Positions 57,385-64,000 of a stretch of DNA of 64,000 nt are shown in pieces (within the stretch, counting starts at the first letter, position 1; every line of letters starts with the position of its first letter). Both the position numbers and the translations under genes were made by a program. Location: positions 416,001 to 480,000 of the forward strand of contig OZ244937.1 in assembly GCA_965222075.1 (NCBI GenBank), in the 5' to 3' direction. The DNA is from Candidatus Latescibacterota bacterium (GTDB lineage: Bacteria; Latescibacterota; UBA2968; GCA-2709665). Below the pieces are notes generated by a model, which was not told the origin of the DNA, searched no databases, and saw only the letters and a program-made list of their open reading frames with translations.

Positions 57385-58602
57385 TTGGAAAGGATCCGCA
57401 ATCTTAAACCGGTGCGGGTGGTCCGGGTGATCGACCGCCTGAATGTGGGGGGACCGACCCACCACGTGACGCTCCTTGCCAGAGGCTTGGGAGCACGGGG
57501 CTACGAGACGGTGCTGACAAAGGGTCAGGTGGCGCAGGGCGAGGTGGAGATGGAGGATGTGGTCCGCCAGGCAGGGGTGCAGCCGCAAGAGATTGAGGGG
57601 CTGGGGCGGGCGATTTCTCCGCTTCAGGATGTACAGGCTTTTTGGGGCCTCTACCGGCTGATGCGGCGGTTTCGCCCGCAGGTGGTTCACACCCATAAAG
57701 CGAAGGCAGGCGTGCTGGGTCGGCTGGCGGCCCGGCTGGCCGGGGTGCCGGTGGTGGTTCACACCTTTCACGGGCATGTTTTTCGAGGATATTTTTCGCG
57801 CTGGAAGAGCGGCCTGATTGTGCTGGTTGAGCGGCTGCTGGCGCAGTGTACCGATGCGGTTGTTGCCGTGAGCCGGCCGCTGAGACAGGACCTCCTCTCT
57901 TTCCGGATTGCCCGGCCACCACGGCTGAAGGCCATTCCCCTGGGACTCCGTCTGGAGCCTTTTCTGGCATGCAGGCATACCGATGGTGGTTTCCGAGCGG
58001 AATTGGGGTTTGAGCCGTGTGCGCCCCTGGTGGGTATGCTCCCGCGGTTGGTCCCGATCAAAGGGGTCGATGTCTTTCTAAGGGCGGCACAGCAGGTGGT
58101 GCAGGAGATGCCGGAGGTGCGGTTTGTGGTGGTTGGAGACGGGGAACTCCGGGGGGGGTTAGAAGCACTGGCCCGCCGGTTGGGCCTTGAAGCGCAGGTC
58201 TGTTTTACAGGGTTCCGGCGGGATACGGACAGGATTTACGCCGCCTTGGATCTGGTGGCCCTTTCCTCTTTTAACGAAGGGCTGCCTGTCTCGTTGATTG
58301 AGGCCCTTGCTTCGGGGTGTTATGTGGTGGCCACCCGGGTAGGCGGAGTCTCGGATCTGGTGGTGTCGGAGCGGGTGGGGCTGACGGTTGCACCGGGGGA
58401 CGCCGGTGCTTTGGCCGGGGCGATGTTACAGGCTTTGAGGGGACGCCGCCGGGTGCCGTTGGAAGAGCGCAAGCGGGTGGGGGAACGCTATGGGATCGAT
58501 CGCTTAATGGAAGATGTGGATCGCCTCTATCGGTTACTTCTCGAAGGCAAGCAGAGCACGGGCAACGCCCCGGGCGTCTGTTGGGAGAGGACGAAAGCAT
58601 GA
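57385..58602 (+). CDS. Glycosyltransferase family 4
   Basis: RLNVGGP, HTFHGH, EGLPVSLIEA. Confidence 0.9.
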   Translation: MERIRNLKPVRVVRVIDRLNVGGPTHHVTLLARGLGARGYETVLTKGQVAQGEVEMEDVVRQAGVQPQEIEGLGRAISPLQDVQAFWGLYRLMRRFRPQVVHTHKAKAGVLGRLAARLAGVPVVVHTFHGHVFRGYFSRWKSGLIVLVERLLAQCTDAVVAVSRPLRQDLLSFRIARPPRLKAIPLGLRLEPFLACRHTDGGFRAELGFEPCAPLVGMLPRLVPIKGVDVFLRAAQQVVQEMPEVRFVVVGDGELRGGLEALARRLGLEAQVCFTGFRRDTDRIYAALDLVALSSFNEGLPVSLIEALASGCYVVATRVGGVSDLVVSERVGLTVAPGDAGALAGAMLQALRGRRRVPLEERKRVGERYGIDRLMEDVDRLYRLLLEGKQSTGNAPGVCWERTKA

Positions 58603-59573
58603 AGGTTTTGATCACGGGAGGTGCAGGGTTTATCGGGTCGCATCTGGCCGAACGGCTCTTGAACCAGAATGACGAAGTCTACGTGATTGATGATTTGTCG
58701 ACGGGGAGTCTGGACAATATTCGACACCTGGAGGATAACCCCCGGTTTCATCTGAAGATCGGTACAGTGCTGGACAGGGAGGTGATGGAACCCCTGGTAG
58801 ATGGGTGCAACCTCATCTATCACCTGGCCGCTGCGGTAGGGGTCGAGTATATTATTGAAAATCCTCTCCATTCTCTGCTCAACAATATCCGGGGCACCGA
58901 GGTGGTCTTGGAGCTGGCCAATAAGCGGAAGACAAAGGTCATCCTCGCGTCGACCTCTGAGATTTATGGAAAAAAGAACGGGAAGGTGCCCTTTCGGGAA
59001 GACGACGACCGGGTGCTGGGGCCCACGACGGTCATCCGCTGGAGTTATTCCACATCGAAGGCGGTGGATGAGTACTTTGCGCTGGCCTACTGGCGGGAGA
59101 AGAAGCTGCCGGTGGTGATTGTCCGGTTTTTCAACGTGGTCGGCTCCCGGCAGACCGGATACTACGGGAATGTGGTGCCCCGGTTTATCAGACAGGCCCT
59201 GCTGGGGCATCCCATCGCCGTGCACGGCGATGGGGAGCAGCGGCGGTGTTTTACCGATATCGAGGATGCCTTAGAGGGTCTGATCGCCTTAGCCGAACAC
59301 CCCGATGCATCTGGTGAGATCTTCAACTTAGGGTCCAATTTTGAGACCAATGAGATCAGCATTAAAGATCTGGCCCATAAGATCAAGATGTTGACCGATA
59401 GCGATTCGGGCGTTGAGTTTGTGCCTTATGAAAAGGCTTTTGCAAACGGCTGGTACGAAGATCTCCACTACCGGGTGCCCAACCTGGATAAGATTCGGTC
59501 ATTCATAGGCTACGATCCCAAGGTAGACTTAGATACAACGCTGCGGAAGATTATCATATATTATGAGTCTTAA
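58599..59573 (+). CDS. NAD-dependent nucleotide-sugar epimerase/dehydratase
   Basis: ITGGAGFIGSH, STSEIYG, YSTSK. Confidence 0.92.
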   Translation: MKVLITGGAGFIGSHLAERLLNQNDEVYVIDDLSTGSLDNIRHLEDNPRFHLKIGTVLDREVMEPLVDGCNLIYHLAAAVGVEYIIENPLHSLLNNIRGTEVVLELANKRKTKVILASTSEIYGKKNGKVPFREDDDRVLGPTTVIRWSYSTSKAVDEYFALAYWREKKLPVVIVRFFNVVGSRQTGYYGNVVPRFIRQALLGHPIAVHGDGEQRRCFTDIEDALEGLIALAEHPDASGEIFNLGSNFETNEISIKDLAHKIKMLTDSDSGVEFVPYEKAFANGWYEDLHYRVPNLDKIRSFIGYDPKVDLDTTLRKIIIYYES

Positions 59574-59597
59574 GCAAGGTCCATCCGGGCGCCGTCT

Positions 59598-60731
59598 TCA
59601 CCCGCCAATTGTCCGGTCGTAAATTTCCTCCAGACGCCTTCCCTGCACCTGCAGATTGTGGTTCGCCTCTACATGGGCGCGGCCGGCCCGGCCTATCTTC
59701 GCATGCAGTTCGGGCGACTTCAAGAGGGCATCCAAGCCTTCGGCCAGCCTACCCACATCCCGTTCTTCAGCCAATATACCGCACTGCCCGTCTATTACGA
59801 TCTCCGGAATGTCGGCATGGTGTGAAGAGACGACCGGCACGCCCGTGGCCATCGCCTCAATCAGCGCGACCGGAGCACCGCCTTCCGTATCCTCATCCGA
59901 CGCGGTTACGCTTGGATAGAGCAGGAGGGTGGCCTTTTTCAGCTCTTGCAGGCTTTCCCCATGCGGTTTCATCCCCAGCAATACCACGCGGTCCTCAAGG
60001 CCAAGGCGTTGGATTTCACGTTCGATCTCTGCGCGCAACGGCCCGTCCCCTACAATGCGCATCCGCAGGCGGGGATGCGCGTCCAGGATTTGACGGAATG
60101 CCCGCAGGCCGTAGACGTGTCCCTTCTTCTCCCGGAATGTTGCGTACATCAACACCACGGGTTGTTCCATGCCCTGCGGTTCTGAGGGAGAAAACGGGAT
60201 CCGGGACAGATCGACGCCCAGGCGCTGGATACGGATCTTCGCCGGAGGGCACCCCAACGCGGCCAGTCGCTCTGCCATGTGCGTACCCTCTGCCAGGAAG
60301 CGTTCCCCTTCGGCGAAGAGCCTCTCAAAACGCCGCCTCCAGGTTTTCTGTTTGGGCAGGGCGGACACATCCACTCCGTAGAAGGTTGTGACCATCGGCA
60401 CGCGGGCGTCCCTGCGGGCCTCCAGACACCGGTAGCCTTCCTGCCCGAAGTGGGCATGGATGACGTCTGCCTGCTCCTGTTTTAAGATGGGGGCATATCC
60501 GGCATACGTCCCCCGCATCTTCCGAACCGCGCGGTAGAGGGTCTGCCGCCACCGGGGCAGGTCCTCCATAGAATAGACGGGGTGGAAGGGAAACGCCTCC
60601 CGGTTGCGGACCGCCTGGGTCAATACCACCGGCCGGTAGCGCGTCAGACTCCGGATCTGGTCGTAGAGCCAGACCATTGTTGGCCCCAGAAATGGAGTGG
60701 CACAGTGTGCTACGGCAGGTCGTGTTTCCAT
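59598..60731 (-). CDS. Glycosyltransferase family 4 (WcaL-like)
   Basis: IHAHFG, EKKG, DTEGGAPVALIEAMA. Confidence 0.88.
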   Translation of the reverse strand: METRPAVAHCATPFLGPTMVWLYDQIRSLTRYRPVVLTQAVRNREAFPFHPVYSMEDLPRWRQTLYRAVRKMRGTYAGYAPILKQEQADVIHAHFGQEGYRCLEARRDARVPMVTTFYGVDVSALPKQKTWRRRFERLFAEGERFLAEGTHMAERLAALGCPPAKIRIQRLGVDLSRIPFSPSEPQGMEQPVVLMYATFREKKGHVYGLRAFRQILDAHPRLRMRIVGDGPLRAEIEREIQRLGLEDRVVLLGMKPHGESLQELKKATLLLYPSVTASDEDTEGGAPVALIEAMATGVPVVSSHHADIPEIVIDGQCGILAEERDVGRLAEGLDALLKSPELHAKIGRAGRAHVEANHNLQVQGRRLEEIYDRTIGG

Positions 60732-60872
60732 ACGCCATCCTCATTGCAGACATCAACCGGTTGTGTGCGCACAGCATGGGCTGGAAGGGTATGATGCATC
60801 AGGAGGTGCTGGAAGTCAAGGACATGTTGGATTGAAAAGGTGGGCGATGCATACGGTGATGGATTTGGAGGG

Positions 60873-63800
60873 ATGTTTTTGAATCGGATCAACGTTCTTC
60901 TCCGCGCCTCGATCTATTTGATTTTGGCCCTCAGGCCGGGGGCGGCAGCGGCCCAGGCCGTCTCCGGCGAGCCCCGGCTGGTGTCGTCCGGTCCGGAGGG
61001 CGTGGTGGTGGAGATCAGCGCCCGGGATTATGGGTTGCGGCGCGTTGTGCTGGACGGCCGGGCGTTTGACCGGGTGGACCTGCCCGGTGCGGTCTGGTCG
61101 CCCGAGCCGGGGGCCCCGGCCGTGCCTGTGCGGGGGCTGTTGCTCGGGGTGCCCCACGGGGCCGAGGTTTCGGTTGAGGTGGTCGATGCGGCCTACGATG
61201 AGGTGCCGGGTGTGGACCTGATGCCGGTGCCTGCCTGCGCCGCGTTGGGCGCGGCAGGCAGGCCGGAGACGCAGTTTGTCGGGCGTGAGCATGTCCAGCA
61301 GCGCTACGAACCGGCCCCGGCGGTTTACGGCCGGGATCGGTTTTATCCGGCGCAGCAGGCGGTGATCACCCGAACGGGTCTGATGCGCGATCAGCGTGTG
61401 GTTGGGGTGTCTCTGCGGCCGATTCAGTACCATCCGGTTCGCAGGGTGCTCCGAATTGCCAGGCGGCTGCGGGTGCGGGTGCGGTTTCTGGAAAGGGGAC
61501 CGGGCAGGCCGCTCTTGCGTCCGGCCGATGGGGGCGCTGAGGGGGCGTTGGAGCCGATCTATCGAAAGGCGCTTCTGAACGCCGAGCAGGCCCGGGCCTG
61601 GCGGGGGCATCCCGCAGGGGGGCAAGGCCTCCGGAAGGTCCAGCCGGACTGGTATGACCCTGAAGGGACCTATTATAAGCTGCGCATCCGGGAGGATGGG
61701 CTGTATGGACTGGATGCGGAATGGTTTGCCGCCTCAGGGATTGACCTGGGGGCGGGGGGCTTGGGACGGCTGAAGCTTTTCCTGAACGGGGAGGAGGTTG
61801 CGCTGGCGGTTCGGGACGGGGGAGATGGACGGTTGGACGCGGGGGACAGGGTGTTCTTTTATGGGCGGTTCCGGCGGGCGCCCGACCGGGGCTTTGAGAA
61901 CGAATTTGGACGGGAAAACGTGTACTGGCTCACCTCAGACGGAGGGCCGGGCCGGCACTTCCGTCCCGTCAATGCGTCGCCCCAAAGCGGGTTGCCGGAG
62001 GCAGATCGGTTTGCGGCGGTGGTGCACGCGGAGGTTGATTCGATCTACGATCCCCTGGGACTGGCCGCGGATGTCCGGCGGGACCACTGGTACTGGGGGC
62101 GCACGGGGTCGCCCCGGCCGGGGCTTCAGGAATTTCCCGTGACGGTGCCGGTTCTTCTACCGGGGCTGGACCGGGAATCGGCACAGACCGCCCGCATCCG
62201 GGTGGGGATGCACGGGTTGACCAGCCTGCCGGGGCCGCACCCCGACCATTTGAGTGTGGTGCGCCTGGCAAATGGCACGGTGGTTTCCGAAGACCGCTGG
62301 GACGGGCAGACGGCGTTTGTGGCCAGCGGTGAGGTACCGGTTACGGAACTGGGGGATACGGTCCGGGTGACGCTGGCCACGCCCGGCTCTGTGGATTTTC
62401 CGGAACTCCATGTGGACCATGTGCTGCTGAACTGGGTTGAGATTACCTACCCCCGGCGCTACGAGGCGACGGAGGGCACCCTGCTTTTCGATCCGGGAAC
62501 GGCCGAGGGCCGCACGTTTTCGGTTGGGGGATTCCGGGCGCCGTCGGTATTGGTCTTCGGCCTGGAGCAGGAGCTTATCCTGGAGGGGGTGGAGGTGGTG
62601 GAAGACGGGGCGGGTTACCGGGCGCGGTTTGAAGTGGGTGGGGGGGGGGTGTTTCTGGCGGTCGATTCCACAGCGGTCCGGCGTCCGGATGCGGCAGAGG
62701 TGGATGCGGCTTCCAACCTGCGGGGCGAACGGTCCGGCGCGGACTATCTGATTGTGACGCATCCCCTCCTCCAGGCGGAGGCGGAGCGGCTGGCGGAGCA
62801 CCGGCGGGAAGGGGGATTGAGCGTGCAGGTGGTGTACGTGACCGATATTTACGACGAATTTGCCTTTGGGCAGGTCGTTCCGGAGGCTATCCGGGCGTTT
62901 ATGATCCACGCATTCGAGACCTGGACACAGCGGCCGATCTATCTGCTGCTGTTCGGCCGGGCGAGTTTCGACTACCGGGATAACTTCGGACAGGCCAGGG
63001 AGGGACGGCGAAATCTTGTTCCGGCACTCCCCTTCCAGCGCACCCGGCGAGGGCTGGCATACACAGACCACCGCTTCGGGACGGTGGCCGGGGAGGATGC
63101 GTTCCTGGATGTGTTCGTGGGGCGGTTTTCGGTGACCAGTACCGGTGAGGCGGAGAAGGTGGTGCAAAAGGTGATCCGCTACGACAGTGCCCCGCATGGG
63201 CGCTGGCGGGACCGGGTGCTCTACATGGCCAACTACGAGGTCGTTCCCTCGGTCTACGCAGCGCCGAGCGATTCCTTAGCGGCGCTGTACACCGAACCGC
63301 TGGGCCTGGAGACGTTCAAGGTCTACAACCGGATGGATACGCCGCCGGAGCCGAATGAGGATACCCGGGAGGTGATCCGGCAGATCAACGAGGGGCGGCT
63401 GGTGGTCAATTTTACCGGGCATGGAAGCGCTGCGATTATGGCGTTCTTTTTGCGGGGCACCTTCCAGCAGCGCTACTACAACTATATGACACAGATCGTG
63501 AATGGAGACCGGCTGCCGCTGGTGGTGGCCATGTCGTGTTTAAACGGCCTGTACGCGGACCCGACACTGGTCTGTCTGGCCGAGGAGATGACCAAAAAAA
63601 CGGACGGAGGGGCAATTGCCTATGTGTCGGCTTCGTCCCTTGCGTTTGTGTCTACCAATAACGCGATCAACGCGGGGATGTTTCGGCATCTCTTTCGGGA
63701 TAGCATCCGGACGTTTGGACCGAGTCTGGCTCTGGGCAAAGCGGACTGGCTGACCGCCTCTCCCACTGCAACGGCATCGGCGTACGGGATGAACCTGATG

Positions 63801-64000
63801 GGCGATCCGGCGCAGGTCCTGGCGGTGCCTGAAGGGCCGGATTTTTCCCTGCCGGCCGACGGCCTGCGGATTTCCCGGCAGGGGGCGCTGGTGGCGGGGG
63901 ATTCGGTCCGGATTGTGGTCCGGGTTGAGAACCTGGGCATTCTGTCGGAGGCGGGGCCGCAGGTGATGCTGGTGGATCAGAACCTGGACCGGGCCGAGAG
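60873..64000 (+). CDS. C25 (gingipain-like) cysteine peptidase, secreted, 3'-truncated by the window edge
   Basis: Absent from the ORF track because no stop occurs in the window. Signal peptide, PGAPAVP propeptide, ADYLIVTH, DIYDEF, FTGHGS, MSCLNG, NLMGDPA. Confidence 0.88.
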   Translation, partial: MFLNRINVLLRASIYLILALRPGAAAAQAVSGEPRLVSSGPEGVVVEISARDYGLRRVVLDGRAFDRVDLPGAVWSPEPGAPAVPVRGLLLGVPHGAEVSVEVVDAAYDEVPGVDLMPVPACAALGAAGRPETQFVGREHVQQRYEPAPAVYGRDRFYPAQQAVITRTGLMRDQRVVGVSLRPIQYHPVRRVLRIARRLRVRVRFLERGPGRPLLRPADGGAEGALEPIYRKALLNAEQARAWRGHPAGGQGLRKVQPDWYDPEGTYYKLRIREDGLYGLDAEWFAASGIDLGAGGLGRLKLFLNGEEVALAVRDGGDGRLDAGDRVFFYGRFRRAPDRGFENEFGRENVYWLTSDGGPGRHFRPVNASPQSGLPEADRFAAVVHAEVDSIYDPLGLAADVRRDHWYWGRTGSPRPGLQEFPVTVPVLLPGLDRESAQTARIRVGMHGLTSLPGPHPDHLSVVRLANGTVVSEDRWDGQTAFVASGEVPVTELGDTVRVTLATPGSVDFPELHVDHVLLNWVEITYPRRYEATEGTLLFDPGTAEGRTFSVGGFRAPSVLVFGLEQELILEGVEVVEDGAGYRARFEVGGGGVFLAVDSTAVRRPDAAEVDAASNLRGERSGADYLIVTHPLLQAEAERLAEHRREGGLSVQVVYVTDIYDEFAFGQVVPEAIRAFMIHAFETWTQRPIYLLLFGRASFDYRDNFGQAREGRRNLVPALPFQRTRRGLAYTDHRFGTVAGEDAFLDVFVGRFSVTSTGEAEKVVQKVIRYDSAPHGRWRDRVLYMANYEVVPSVYAAPSDSLAALYTEPLGLETFKVYNRMDTPPEPNEDTREVIRQINEGRLVVNFTGHGSAAIMAFFLRGTFQQRYYNYMTQIVNGDRLPLVVAMSCLNGLYADPTLVCLAEEMTKKTDGGAIAYVSASSLAFVSTNNAINAGMFRHLFRDSIRTFGPSLALGKADWLTASPTATASAYGMNLMGDPAQVLAVPEGPDFSLPADGLRISRQGALVAGDSVRIVVRVENLGILSEAGPQVMLVDQNLDRAE
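61230..61262. mobile_element. 33-bp palindromic insertion element inside the C25 gene
   Basis: CCTGCCTGC-GCCGCGTTGGGCGCG-GCAGGCAGG. Removal restores LMPVPET. Confidence 0.85.

Noticed and set aside
1-64000. tRNA, rRNA, intact transposase or prophage genes
   Set aside because: None recognised by eye. A covariance-model scan is needed to exclude small RNAs.

Overview
GC-rich bacterial chromosomal window. The gene set (short RpoD-type sigma factor, DUF2723, Wzi, C25 peptidase) suggests the FCB group, possibly a Latescibacterota-like lineage (inference). Four zones: (1) 1-8.3 kb, an accessory island bracketed by a 60-bp direct repeat, with a tyrosine-integrase remnant, sugar-related genes and an integron-like array of two complete cassettes (nucleotidyltransferase; pyrF) whose ends carry unusually long 14-20 bp inverted repeats. 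(2) 8.3-18.6 kb, metabolic genes mixed with REP-like repeats, an AAA ATPase, duplicated hicB with truncated hicA, and gene remnants. (3) 18.7-40.4 kb, core genes (nadE, PpiD-like, M23, rhomboid, DUF2723, sigma, DegP) and a metabolosome (BMC) locus with class II aldolase, aldehyde dehydrogenase, PduL, 2 BMC-H and 3 BMC-P. (4) 40.6-64 kb, a Wzi/Wzy/Wzx polysaccharide locus with sulfo-, methyl- and amidotransferases, then a C25 peptidase running off the end. Most striking is a 33-bp palindromic element, CCTGCCTGC-N15-GCAGGCAGG, inserted in frame into three unrelated protein-coding genes. A 27-bp relative has both filled and empty sites visible in the window. All assignments come from reading motifs by eye; no database searches were run.
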